Of a stretch of 64,000 nt of DNA, positions 1 through 14,504 are shown in pieces (the stretch's first letter is position 1; each line of letters opens with the position of its first letter). Origin of the DNA: Octopus sinensis (lineage: Eukaryota); assembly GCF_006345805.1 (NCBI RefSeq), contig NC_043015.1, positions 14,570,001 through 14,634,000 of the forward strand, written 5' to 3'. Under the pieces are notes generated by a model, which was given only the letters and a program-made list of their open reading frames with translations, did no database searches and had not been told where the DNA came from. A program made the translations under genes and the position numbers.

Positions 1-289
1 TGTATCTTTAATGCAAAGACCCCCGTCCCGTTTTTTCGTAGTAGATCATCAGCTATTTACTCTACTGGCCTGGGAGTACAAATTTCCTTTCTCATTATTA
101 GGACATGGTAAAGCTAAAACTAGGGTGAAATATGTGGTGAAAGAGAAATATTTCTTAATGGCTAATACTTCTTTATTAGCAAGTATTCCTATATTTACTG
201 ATGAAATAGTGTCATTCTTTGGCAAGTTCAGCATGACTTGCCAAAGTAATTAACAAGCAAATTACTAAATATAGAGAGACGTTTATATA

Positions 290-1363
290 CAGGATGTTCA
301 GGCTAAATTTGACAGTTTGCACAAAGGAAAAGAAAACACAATACTCCATTCAAAAATAAAAGTATTTTTTAAAAGATCGAAAAGTGTCACCTAGATTATG
401 GCTGGGAGATAATAAATTACACAAAGCAGCCACCCTCAGCTTCTACCACAGTAGCAAGATGGCTCTGTATTTCTAGGAAGGTCTTCAAACTCTTCCTTCA
501 TTTGGCCACTAGCTCAGCCTTAGTGTTGCAGGTGTCTTTCTCAGCCATACCCCAAACATAGAAATCCATGGGATTATAATTGGGGGAAATAGGAGATCAG
601 AAATTGGGGCTGTTGAAGTTGTAGAAAATCTCTGACAACCACTTCTGGCACTTTCTGATTTCTTTACTGCCCACAAGGGGCTACACAGAGGGGACAAACA
701 AGGACAGACAAATGAATTAAGTTGATTACATCGACCCCAGAGCATGACTAGTACTTATTGAATCGACCCCGAAAGGATGAAAGGCAAAGTCGACCTCGGT
801 GGAATTTGAACTTAGAACGTAGCAGCAGACGAAATACTGCTAAGTATTTCACCTGGTGTGCTAATGTTTCTGCCAGTTCACCACCTTCTGGCATTTTCTG
901 GAGGTATGGCAATGAGCCAAATCCTGCTGCCACACACATAACCTTCTAGCAGCAACCCTCTCCAGTCAGGAATTGACCACAGTCTCCAACAGCTTTATGA
1001 AGCTGTCTGAATTGAATCTTGGGCCCTGTTCATCAGTTGTTGAATGAATTATGGTATATGGATGCAGTCAGAATAACTGCCATGTCCCTTCATGCTGGCC
1101 ACAGCTTTGTAGTCTCCACTACAGTTGTCCCTGTCTTGTCTACTAGTCTTTATAGTATCCACAGAACACTGATCAGCAGTCATGGTGTCAGCATTTTGGT
1201 ACCTGGCACAAATCATCACAGATTCAGATGGCTTCCAATCCTCCATGTCAGCAAACTTTTTCTCAAAAATAATTTTAATCTTTATATCGACTGTTCACTA
1301 ACATATAAAGCTATTCCTGAAAAAAGAAGTAAAAAAATTGTAAAATTTAACTAGAACAGCCTG
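290..1363 (-). mobile_element. Decayed Tc1/mariner-superfamily (maT/DD37D-like) DNA transposon, interrupted by a SINE
   Basis: Imperfect TIRs CAGGATGTTCAGGCTAAATTT / AAATTTAACTAGAACAGCCTG flanked by TA; remnant SPNYNPMDFYVWG motif on the minus strand. Confidence 0.75.
650..887 (-). mobile_element. tRNA-derived SINE with Nin/Deu-like core (family A; about 18 copies in window)
   Basis: A-box-like CTGGCAGAA and B-box GTTCAAATTCC head followed by GAGGTCGACTTTGCCTTTCATCCTTTCGGGGTCGAT core. Other copies near 8430, 9815, 13420, 15785, 18475, 26495, 29160, 29390, 36290-37770, 49305, 53480, 62635. Confidence 0.85.
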
Positions 1364-4300
1364 TATTTGTTGGCATAGAGAGAGTTATTTAAAATTTAAT
1401 TCCAAAACATATTGCCTGGAAAGGGTATTTAACCTTAAATTATGGATATGCACCCTCTCATATCCTGCTATCTATGATCCCCACCCTTTTTTTGTCACTC
1501 ACTATATTCATCCCTACATACCTCTGGCCTCCAGCTCTATCATTGTGTATCCCTCTATCTCCCTCCACACTTCACGTCTCCCTGTTTTTCATTTATCTGC
1601 TATTTTATTGTACTTCTGCTCTGCCCACCACCCTTTTTGTACAGCTACCGTCTCCCTGATCCACTCCTACTTCTCTCACCTTTCCTTCAAACTGATTTTA
1701 ACTTTTGATTCTCAGATTTCTATATTAGGGTTAACTTGGAGTAAATATCAACAACAATATGAATGAAATCCCAAAATTAAATTCAATGACAATTCTTAAA
1801 AATATCCTTCAAACAGTTAAGAGAACTTGTTTTCAGCACTGTTGGTAAATCATTTAGTTGTCTCAGTCAGCTGAGACTACAAAGGGAGATGTGTGGTATT
1901 ATGTTTCTGAAGATTTTAATAAAGCACATAAAGTATAAAGAAAAAAAAAAAACATCCAGTTCTCTCCTGTGTGCAAGCAGTAAAGATCCATCTCATTAGT
2001 ACAATTGTTGAAACTAGAATCACAGTGGGAGCATGAGATATGACTTAAGTCACATCATCAATTCTTCTCAGTAACCCATCTATATCTTTCACCTCATATC
2101 TGATCTCTGCTGTCCAAACTACATTATATTTCAATTTCTTTCTGAAATATGGCATCATATATCTGTATAGAATCTACTTTTTCCACTAGTCAACTGTTAT
2201 TGAGACTTTGTCTTCCTTTGGTTCAATTTATTGCTTTCCCATTCGTTTGATATTTTGGATATCTTTGACACACTATTTCTCATCTCTGATAGAACCATTT
2301 CTCAACAATTGGGGTCTCTGCTCTCATTTGATAGTTAGATTACTGTCAATCAAATAGATTCACAAAGTGGAAGATTTATTGTAGCAAAAGGAATATATCT
2401 GATTTTCTACCATATAACTCTGTCCCCAAACTTAGAGCTGTTAGTTTTATGTTAACTATTTTTGTTAGAAAACATACGTGCTATGGTCCATCAAAAACTA
2501 CTAAAAAGGTAACTGATACTCTCTTCTGAGCTATATCCCTACACATCCCTCACATAACCTCAATATCTCCCAAGTGGTTCACTTGGGAAAAATACTGTTT
2601 GCAATAACCAGTTGATCTTTGTAACACCTTCAAATTATCATCATAGAAGTCCAAGGATCACTTTGCAAAGTATTTTTCCCTGCCATTCCTCAATCAAAAT
2701 AGATCTGTTAGTTACTCACAAATCCTTCTTGATTGTGGATTGCTTTTTTTGTTAACTAAATAAGTGGAAAAAGTTAAGTGTCCATGACTATTTTCAGGAC
2801 TTCTCAAACTGGTGGAAGGAAGTTATCTTTATACAAGTGTCTTGACCTAAATGCTTGCGACAAGGTAGCCTTTGTCTTAGACACCTAAGGGTCAGGTGGT
2901 GGAGGTTATATTAACCTTTTGCCTGTCCAAAGTATTTTCATAAATTTGTCCTAAACATCCATGCTTGTTTTCAGACTTTTAGTTAGCCCTTATTTCATAC
3001 ATTCTGGGTAATATAATGCTTTCCATTCATAAGTTTCAAGTTACTTCGGTGGCTGAAAAAAATTGGGAATGTGTATCCTATATGACACATGAACACCAGG
3101 GACATATGTCCTGTGTATCAAATGTGATACACAGGACAGGCAAAAGGTTAAACCAAGTGACATTAAGTGTACCATCCAATAACATGAACAATCTTTCCAA
3201 CAAGTTTCCACAGAGTTTTTGTCTACCAAGGTTTTTGTTGACCTGAAAATCAGAAGATTTTGCCAAGGTGGTATATTCAAACCTGTTGAAATTCCAAAGT
3301 TACAAAGCAGACTTCTTACTCACTGTCCCTACCTGTGTCACTTGTTTTGATTCCAACTACACACACACATGCACACAATTACACAACAAAATCCCTTTCT
3401 ACAGCCATGTATACACAATTACACTATATGCAATTACCATATGAGAATTTCTCATCACTCAAAGGTAACATTTCATGATATTTCTTCAACTACTTTCAAT
3501 GTGATTTCACACTTATCCCTCACCTTACTAAATTCTTCAATTTTTGTCTGCAGGAATATGCCCTTTGTTTTGATGTCTTTGACATATTATCTTCATTCTA
3601 AACACTACAAAGGTAATGGGAACAGTAAAAAAAAAAAAAAAGCTATCCCTTTGAGTCTCTTTTGCTACAGTGATCAGTTATAGAGTTTCTGTAGCATCTG
3701 TAGAATCTTTGATCTCTGATATGGTTCTGGAGAACCCTACAAGGGATCTGCTTTCACACAGCCTCAATAACTTGGGAAAAAGTAATATCACAGATGTAGT
3801 TACCTATCTCTAAATGTAAATGCTTATCACTGTCAATATAGAAAGTTGCCTATTTTTGCAATCATACGTCCTTCTCCTCTTGGATTAGAAGTTCCTTCTC
3901 CAACTTAATGCCACAGTGAGACCAGTGCAGAACCTTCAACTTTTCTACACCATTGACTTCTTCATTTACAAAGACAGATATCTAGGCATTGAAATTACTT
4001 GAAATAGTTGTGATTAGTAAAACAATATATATATGAATATATATATGCACACACATGATTTCATCAAGGTTAAAAACCAGAAAAAAGAGTTTTCTCACTT
4101 TCTTAGCTCTTATTTTGTAGCAAAACAAACATCAAACATATTGATTTCTCATATAAAGATAAGGTTTCAAGTTTATAAAGAAGAGAAATGAGACTGAGTA
4201 AAGCATATACATTTGTCAAGTGTCCTTACATGTAAAAAAATTATAATGTATATTTTTTTAATATACCTATGTCATGTCATTATTTTTATTTTTCCACATT

Positions 4301-4550
4301 GCGATTGATACATATTTACATATATTGTGTTCCCTCTCAGTGGCCTTAATTCTGATCACAGAAAATATGTCATGATATGTGTTGTGACTGCAAAGCTTAC
4401 TTAATGTATGTATGCATGTTTGTTTGCTTTGTACCAACAAAAAGAAAAAAAACTCACAATGATATAAAAGCTGCATAAAAAATAATTTATTTAAAACATG
4501 TTACATAAAAGAAAACTTGTGGTTACCACAAAATTAAATTAATACAGACT

Positions 4551-5041
4551 TCAAATATTTTTGAAGTCAGAGAAAAGTAGGAAATCTTGGAAAGATTTTG
4601 GCAAAGGGAGCTTTGAAACATTAAGGTAAAATAATCTTCCCAGATAATGGCGTATCCATATTCTGCTAATTTGCAGAAGTGTCAGTGGCTGCTGAATAAA
4701 AGAAAACCAGTCATTTTGGTCTACAGTCGTCCAGTCAGCAGTAACATCATCAGAATTCTGTATATAATATCGAATATGATCTTTATCAAAACCAATCAGT
4801 ATGAACTGTTTAATGACTTTTTTAGCCCCTTTTAAAAATGCAAGCTTTACAGGGCAAGATGTTTCTGGAGCGTGAGCGGGACAATTAAAAGAAGCAACAT
4901 GACTTGTATACTTCAATAATGATTCAACAGCTTCAAATCGTCCACTGTGTAAAGCATACCACAGAGGTGTTCGATATTCATTGTCTAAAATATTCAAATC
5001 CAGCCCAGCCTCTAACATGTCTTCAATGCATTCAGAGTGAC
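4551..5041 (-). CDS. ASB-like terminal exon (last ankyrin repeat + SOCS box)
   Basis: Acceptor ctctttttctttag|GTCAC, phase 1, giving HIIALK-G-HSECIEDML; stop TGA at 4553-4551. Confidence 0.92.
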
Positions 5042-6057
5042 CTAAAGAAAAAGAGAAAAAAGAATAAAGTATTAAAAAAGAACTAAAGTTAACAATAAAA
5101 TTTTAAAACGGTATCAAATAAAGAGCTAAAAACCAATTATTTACATTATGTGTATGTATAGATTTATATCTCTGTGTATATGTAAACATACATATATACA
5201 TACACATGCATATATACATATCACATACATGTGTGTGTATAGAAATGTTGAATAGGGAACTAGGAACTTTCTTATTCCAAACTAACTGCTTAAGACTGAT
5301 GTAAAGATATGTAAATGCAGGACTGGGACATAGTTGTTTTAATGAAACATGTATGAAAGAAAATCTATTCCCCATATATACAAATATATTCATATAATAT
5401 ATAAAATTTATATATATTTATATAATATATATATATAGGGACAGGTGCGGCTATGTGGTAAGAAGCGTGCTTCCAAACCATATGGTACTGGGTTCAGTCC
5501 CACTGCATAGCACCTTGGGCAACTGCCTTCTATTATAGCCTCAGGCCGATCAAAGCCTCATGAGTGGATTCGGTCGGTAAAAACTAAGAAAAAAGCCCAT
5601 TTTATGCAGGTGCCATGTAAAAAGCACTTGTGCTGGTACAATGTAAAAGTGCTGATGCCAATGTCATGTTAAAAGCACCCAGTCACAGTGGTTGGTGTTA
5701 GAGAGGGCATCCAGCCATAGAACCAGGCCAATTCAGACTGGAATCTGGTGTAGCTCTCTGGCTTGCCAGTTCCATCAAACTGTCCATCCCATGCCTGCAT
5801 GAAAAATAGTTGTTAAAGGAGGATGATGTGTGTGTCTTTGTGTCTGTTTTTGTCCCCCATCACTGCTTGACATTCGGTGTTGGTTTGTTTATATCTCTGT
5901 AACTTAGTGGTTTAGCAAAAGGAACAAATAGAGTAAGTACCAATTTAAAAAAAAAAGTACTGGGGTTGATTTGTTTGACTAAAAACTCTTCAAAGCAATG
6001 CCCCTGCATGGCTGCAGTCTAATGACTGAAACAAGTAAAAGATAAAATATGATGATG

Positions 6058-6094
<37 letters not shown>

Positions 6095-9000
6095 AATATA
6101 TATATGTATTATATATAATATATACTAGATGTACTCACTGTGACCTGTTGGGTCACAACCACTCCAAGTTGAAAATGTCAATGCGTGGCAGAAAAGGAAA
6201 AAATACTATTTTAAACTTCATGCAATAAAATTCTTAAATAATACAGTTCTCCTGCCTTTGCTATGGCAACATAAACACGACCAAATGTTTCTTCTTTGAA
6301 AACATTCAAATGGTCTTCAACTTTTTTTCCTCACCTTCTTCTTTGCCATTCTTTGTTACAACTGTTCCAAGTGAAATAAATGGGTGCTTCAACATAAAGT
6401 CATGTTTTTGCGAAATCATGATTAATACACAATAAAAAGGATTCTGACAATGTTGTTCATTGACAGTCATATACATCTTCATTATTTCTGAGACATATTC
6501 TTTGTTCATCTGACAGGTGAACTTGCAGTCTCACTATTGCAGGTGCTCATTCATGAATTGAAAATCCTAAAATGGATGCAACTGCTTCAGATGGGCAAAT
6601 ATACCTACCCGTTAGGTATTGACTAATTCCATTAACATTGTTTATTTGAACAGCAACTTGGTCATTTCCTTTCAGCGTGTACTTGATGACGTACTTAATT
6701 AACCTCACTGAGGCAACGATTTCAATGTTGCAGTGGCATTTAAATGCTCTTAAAAGTTCATATGAGATTCAACACCTCCCATTGCAACTGACTTTCACCT
6801 ATAAAGAGATAGCCTCTTTGTCTGTTTTTCTGCCTTTTGATTAAGATGATAAAGATTGATATCTTATTTTAAACATTAGGCTGTCACACATGAAATGTTG
6901 TATTTGAAAAGTAACAATAAAATGTTTCAGAAGTGTTAGAGAACTGATTTATTTAATCAAGGTATGATCCCTGTTCATTTATGACCTTTACCCAACATTT
7001 CTCTAAGTCATACATTCCATCTTTTGCTGTGATAAACTGTCTGAATGCTTCAATCACCTCTTCTCTTTTTAAGAATGTTTAAGTGCATATGAAAAACTCA
7101 AAATGCTTAAATAAGTGATTATCAGTAGGAGAGATATAGGGAGGATGTTGTAAAATCTCATAATTAAGGCTTTGCAACTTTTGGACCATATCTTTTGAAG
7201 TGTGAGGACGTGCATTGTTGTGGAGCAAAATTGGGTCATCTTTATTCACTTGTCTGGGTTGCTTCTTTTTCAAATTCTATTGCATATAATCAATTTCCTG
7301 GCAATACGATGTTGCTGTTACCATTTTCCCTCATTGCAAAACTGAATAATGAATACCACCCTACGCAGACCACTAACTTCTGAAGGAGCAATGGTGGATT
7401 TGGGTAGTGTTTAGGTTACTCTCCTGAATCTAATCCCTGTCCAGCTCTCCTGATGTTGTCAAAGAGTATCCATTTCTCATCACATGTCCAGACCTGTGGC
7501 TGGTGCAAAGTTGCAAGCAGAGCAAGGGTGATGTGGTGGTAGAACAAGTAGAGCTATGGAAGCAAAGAGACAGGCTTGGAAAGATTGGAAGACTGGCACA
7601 ACAGAGAACTATGACATCTATCTCGAAGTGAAGCTAGGAGACAGGTCTGGTTGATGAAGGAAGAAGCAGAAAGGAAGAGGTTTGACAATCTTCTACAGAG
7701 TAAGGACTAGGGGCATGAGGTGTTCTGCATTGGAAGACAGTGCATCAGAGAAAATTGTGATGTTGTAGGAGCGAAGTGTGTATGGATGAAAATAAACTTA
7801 CACTGGAGGCATAGAAGTATCACAATGGGAGGCTACAAAATGTGGAAAGAGTATATTTACACATACACACATTATATTTTCATATTGATATACATACATT
7901 TATAGATCAATAGTTAGAAAAATACCTTTCAAAGCTATGATGTGCATAGCTGTTTTCTGAGCCGAAGAGCTGTCTTTCATATTAACATCACAATTAGCTT
8001 TTGTTAGAAGATGGATAACTTTTGAGAACCCTTCTATTGCTGCCAGCATAAGAGGTGTGTTACCACTGTCATTGTACACATTAGGATTTGCTCCTGCTTT
8101 CAGTAGTTGTTTCACCCCAGTTGCTTTATGTGCTGCATGATGAAGAGCTGTCCATCCATAACAATCAGTTGCATTCACATCACAGTCTGGCCGAGATAGA
8201 ACTTCCTCTAAAATCAAATACTTCTTTTTAATAACTGGAAAAAAAAAAAACAACAACTGAACTGTTAGGAACACCACAAGGTACTCTTCATGCTTTATAA
8301 TGTAATTTTATTAAAAAATGACACTGAAATAATTGGGTGATATTCATGATAATAGTAGCAGCTAACCTAGTTGAAGTGACTTGTTACTAGGATTTTCTTC
8401 AAATATTAGCTTTTGTTAAGGTAGTGACGAGGCAAAATGTTTTGTGGTATTTCAACCGTCTTTATGTTCTGACTTTACCTTTCATCTTTTTGGGGTTGTT
8501 AAAATAAATACAAGTTGAGTACTGGGGTCGATGTAATCGATTTACTCCTCCCAGAAATTGCTGGCCTTGTGCCAAATTTTGAAATCGATTTTAGCTTTTG
8601 ATGAAGAATTACTTTTTTGTTATGTAATTGAAAAGATTTTATTGCTGAATCTCACTTCAATTAGGAAACACTTGAAAAAATAATCTATACATTTCCTTGT
8701 AAATATACTACTATAAATTTGTAATTTAAATTTTATCATTAGATGCTAGAACAAAAAGGAGAAATTTATAAAAAATTCGTCAAATTTTATCTCAGTTTGT
8801 CTAATTTTATCTCAACATAGAACAAATGAAAAATATATAACAAAATTACTCAATTTCATTTATTCATGCAATTCTTATGTTTTACTGAGAACAAATGTAC
8901 TGAGAAAGCAGTTGGGCATAGAAATAACATTTGCAATAATATGGATTAATAACAGATAATACAGACTGGATAATGGATTCTTGAAGTAAAAGAAGACCAA

Positions 9001-12000
9001 GGAAGATGTGAGAGGATAGGATGAGCTCAGATATGAGACCTTTGGGGTTGACAGATGAGATAGCCTAGGGTATAGACCTTGTATCCAGGTCATAATGTAA
9101 AACTAAAAGCTAAAATGATGGTGATGATGATGATAAAAGGTTTTAGCCTAGTGTTGTTGCATCTCAGATAATTTCCATTATATTTGTTAAAATCATTACT
9201 GAATAAGATCAAAATTCAAAGAATTTTGAGTCGCAATATATCAAATTTTCAACATCAATGAACAAGCCTATCTAATTAGTGTTCATTTGATAAGTAGTTG
9301 CCAAGATTCTACTATTGTTACACAGAGAACACTGTCATAGATCATAATAGAATGAATAATCTTTCAAATTATTTTTTTTAATAAACTTTTACTTTAAGGA
9401 AACACTCAATCAGTAGTCATCAATATAAAAAATGTGAATCAGTGTGAGTCAGATTGAAATTGAATAGATTCGATAAAAATTAAATTTAATAAGATGTCAA
9501 AAGAGTTTTTTTGTATTTTGTTATATTCTTAAATTGTGCTGGGGTTCCATACTGTACAAACGAAAAAGTTCATTGCCAGAACCTGTTGACATGAAGAGGC
9601 CAATAACACATTAGACTACTAGCTCAGAAGAACTCAAGAACTCAAATTCTAATCTATTATAATAAAAATAAAGCCAAACTGTTCAACCTATTCCAGCTAT
9701 GGAAAGAAAAAAGATGTAAATTTATGATGATAATGATGTTATTAAATTCTGTGCATTTTGTCAAAATAGAAATTGGTAGGAGTATTAATAAAAACAGTAT
9801 TAGAAACAGTGGTGGAAGATCTGGCAGTAGTGTAGAGCATGCTGGGCAAAATACTTAGTGACATTTCTTCTGGTTTTACATTCTGAGTTCAAATTCTATC
9901 AAAGCTGACTTTGCTTTCATCCATTTGGCATTGATAAAATATATACCAGGCCAATGTAATTGACTATCCAATTCCTACAGAATTTCTGGCCTTGTGCCAA
10001 TTGGGGAAAAGATTATTATTATTATTATTATTCAATGGAAATTGTAGCTGTGATACCAGTGCCAGTGGCATGTAAGAGAACCATCCGAATGTGGCGTTGC
10101 CAGCGCCGCCCCGACTGGCCTCCGTGCCAGTGGCACATAAAAAGCACCATCTGATCGTGGCCGTTTGCCAGCCTTGTCTGGCACCTGTACCGGTGGCATG
10201 TAAAAAGCACCCACTACACTCACGGAGTGGTTGGCGGTAGGAAGGGCATCCAGCCGTAGAAACATTGCCAGATCAGACTGGGCCTGGTGCAGCCTTCTGG
10301 CTTCCCAGACCCCAGTTGAACCGTCCAATCCATGCTAGCATGGAAAGTGGACGTTAAACAATGATGATGATGATTATTATTATTTAGAATTGTGGTTTTA
10401 AAGGTAGTGTTGAAAGTATTGTTAAGTTTGAAAGAATAGGCAGTACTCTTGGTTATCCTAAGTAAGATTGATGAGTTATTACTGAGTTTGAACAACTCCA
10501 AACCAACATCTGCAGGAAAAACTTAAGCAGGAAGGGAATTCCAGAGGTTTTCAGGTTTCCAGTAGACTGTTGGAATGAAAGTGCCCTATGATGCCAAAAG
10601 AACCTGCAATATTGAACCTGAAGAAACATAGATCTATGTACTGGGCATCTGAACAAGAACTTAATCTTAGCTAAACTTTGATAGTTCACCATTGAATCTT
10701 GATATGATGTGTAATCTACAGGAAATATCAGTCTCCTCTCACATAACAATTGTCAGATTTCTGCAGTCAAATACTGATTACTGAGAGACTACAATTGTGA
10801 TTTTTGAGGATAAAAAGAAAGATCTTTGATGAAATGGTATGGTATAATTTTCACACACCTGAATGTTCAAACAGTTCATTTGGAAATGGCTTTTACTCAT
10901 GTCATAAGATATCAACAAGAAATTCATGTCAAAAAGAGAAAAATTATCTTTTGTACATCTAATAAAGGAATATATCTAATTGGCATAAAAAGGGATTAAA
11001 GAACCAGTTTGAAGATAGGGTGTTCACCAGATCTCTAGCCAATTACTTCAAAGGAAGATTTAGTGGGAACTTAATTATCCTGCAGTATCTCATTTTGCCA
11101 GCGTCGAGTAAAGGCTGATTTATTCTTGATGGAAGGTTTTAGATTCAGTCATACATGAAGAGCTGCATACACACAGTTTTCTGTGAAGTTATAATGGAAA
11201 ATGAATGTACTCTGATAAAGAACTCAGAGTACAAATGATCTTAGTGTGCGCACATCAAGCAATCTTTTTCAATAAGTTTTAAACTTTCTGGAAAATGGGC
11301 ACCAGATCCAATATCTTACTGATTTATCAAAAGAACATGGACCCAGTAATATCATCCTAGTACCAACTCAACAGAAAGAGTATGCAGCACAAATGAAATA
11401 TCAAGGTTTGAGATTTGTTATTGATGACCAATGTTTCTAAGGAAACAATCTGGACACTGAAAGAATCTTTGAGGATAAAAGACAGTGTTGTAACATTATT
11501 TACATTTGACGGATATTTGTCCTCATCTTGTTTATTGTTAACATGTTTCAGCTGATACAACCCTCCAGTAGCCCGTGCTCTTAACCACTATGCCTTATGC
11601 CCAAACTTTATGTACATAATTCCTCATCTCTTAAATATAGAACAGTGTTGTAACAGTTGTTCAAGTGAAAATAGTTTCAACATTCCAAGTGTATGACATA
11701 TCTTCTGTTTGGTTCTGAGTTGATCATCAGAATCATACTTATAAAGTGTAGTGATCTTTCATTGATATTTGTTGATATATTGTAAAAAGTGAGTACACAG
11801 TGTTTTGGAAATTTTAGTATTTTCTTACTCTAGATAAAGGTAGATAACTAAGTATTGGCATTCGTATAGGGGTTCTTGTGTCTTTGAAAGAAAATGTTCG
11901 AAGGACTGGTTTAACAGCTAATTGGATTTCATGTTGTACAATATACTTGAGTGAATAAAACTCACAAATCCATAAATATAATTAGAAATATTTAGTTATA

Positions 12001-14459
12001 TACATTAAAAAAAAAGACTGAAAATTTGTTATCAAAGACTAAATGAAATTTTATGTTATGAAGTTTATAGAAAGCATTAGTAGTTTGAACATTTTAAATG
12101 TATTTGAAGCAAATAGCTATTAATTTTTTATTTTGAGTATATAACTGATTTTGTAATTGAAAGATTAAAAGAAAGAATAAAGAGAAATTGTTATTTCATT
12201 TCATTTGTTGAGTCTGAAGGAAGGGGTATTATCTTTGATTATTTACTGATCCTCTGAGACTAGTTAGCTTGATGCTGTTAATGTTTCATTTAAACAGCTG
12301 TAGGTTCACAGCTGCAGGAAAGACAAAAAGAAGGGAGAAGATTCCAGAGGCATGACAATCTAAAGAGGAAGGACTGAATATAATGGTTAGTGTGGTACTC
12401 AGGGATTGGATATCCAAAGTGACAAGCGGTAGGAAGACAAGTGAGATTGAAGTGCTTGAGTGGTGGTGAGTGGGACCAACCAGCTCTGAGGAACAGAAGC
12501 CATTGTTGAGTCCGGAGGAAAAGGTACTGTCTTTGATTTCTGTAGGCCCTCTGAAACTAGGTAGCTTGATGCTATTAGTGTTTCAGGCAAACAAATGCAG
12601 GAAAGGCAAGAGAAAGGAGAAGATTTCAGACATTCTGGGGAAGAAGGACCGAGTATAATAGTTAGAGTATAATGATAGAAAAGGCAGAGAAAAGAGGTAG
12701 CACAGCTGTGGGTCAGAAGCTGGAGTGTGTCTATTAGTGAGTGAATACTAATTAATTGAATGGCTCTTCTCTAGATGCTGACAGTACTTTCCCAGATGTG
12801 AAAGCAATACACCATTGTATGTCTTACTTGAGCCTTGAAATCTGTTAGCAGCTGTTAAGGACTAAAGTATTTTCTGGCCTTGAAGAGAAAGGGCCACTCT
12901 TTTGGATGTGGTCCCAGCTATACTCAGGATATCTATCATCTCACCAGGAGAAACACTCAGTAATTGTGAGGTCCAGTATTTGGAGCAACTGTGAGGGTAC
13001 TGTCCATGTTTAGTGGAGGTGTTGTGTGGCAATGTTTTATATGAGTCTTTTTTTTTGCTGTAAAAATATATTAAAAAAATTAAAAACGAAAACAAGATCA
13101 TGGAACCACACTGAAGGATTTTCTCATGGTTTCCATTTATGGAATCAATACAGGTTTGGCATGTAGTAGCTTAGCTGCATCTGGATGATGCATAGTTGCC
13201 AAAAATTGGGAGGAATGAAAGGTTATGCTATCTGCTTAAGAGTGGGCACTGTTGGATGTGACAGCAAGTGGATCATTGATGGACAAAAAGATGAGAGTGT
13301 TGCACAAAAGCAAAATCCTGAGGAACACCTGCGTTGATTGAAAGAAGGGGCAGAAAGGGTTTTCTTAACAAATGTCACAATGGTGTGATCAAAAGGATGT
13401 ATCAAATTCCAAGATATTAGTTTCAAATTTTGGCACAAGGCCAGCAAGTTCAGGAGAAAGGATACAATGACCCCAGTGCTCAACTGGTCCTTATTTTACC
13501 CATCTCAAAAGGATGAAAGGCAAAGTCAACCTCAGAGGAATTTGAACTCAGAATGCAAAGATGGATGAAATACCACTAGATATTTTGCCTGATGTGCTAA
13601 TGATTCTGCCAGCTTGTTACCTTACAAATCCTGAGATATTGACAGATAATTTGCATGGCAGACATAATTGAAAGCTTTGCTGGGGCTTCAACATCGCTTG
13701 CTTTTCTCACTGGTGAGACATAAGCAAATAGGTCTCCAAGGGATCTGGCTCTGCAGAAGCTGTGCTGGTGGTCACTGATGAAACAGAGATCCAAAGTGTT
13801 GGAAAATGTCAATGTTAATAGCTGTTTCCATTACCTTAGAAATGTTACAGATGAGAGCAACAGAACAATAATGGGCTGGGCTAGAGGGGTTACTTTTCTT
13901 TTGAATGAAACATACTAAGGCATACTTCTAAATGTCAAGTAAATTGTCATAGAGAGTAAGAGATGGGAGAGTTTGGTGAGTGCAAGAGCAAGTTCTGGAG
14001 CTCAATGTTTGATTGTAATGGAAGAGACATAATCAGGGTCAATGGCCTTGTTTATTTGAAGCAGCTGGAGGTATTTCTGCACTTGATGCATTTGTGCAAG
14101 ATGGGGAGCCTACTGGAATAGAAGGGAGTAGATTTGGAAGTTCTCAGATGGGGATGTGTAGTGTAAAGATGGACACAAAGCAAGCAGTGAAGAAGAGGCT
14201 TTCTCCATGGGTGGTACTGTTTACAGAGGCATCGTTATTCTCAAGAGGAAGAAAAGAAAACTCCACAAAGTTGGTGGAGATTCTATTAGCCAGGGACTCA
14301 CAGGATTGGCTGTAGTTTTGGAGGTGAGAAAGCTTGAGGCCCACATGGTACATGAAGGCATCCTTTGCACACTGGATAATGGTCTTACAAAAATTGCACT
14401 GCTGGGTGAACAACTTCCAGATTTGTGGAGTGGGTGACACTCTCCAAGCATTGCAGGCC

Positions 14460-14504
<45 letters not shown>

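Noticed and set aside
2000-3330. Possible old retroelement coding remnant
   Set aside because: No motif could be identified with confidence by eye.
12230-12670. Diverged direct duplication (about 12230-12395 vs 12530-12665)
   Set aside because: Probably two decayed LINE 3' fragments; no sign of function.
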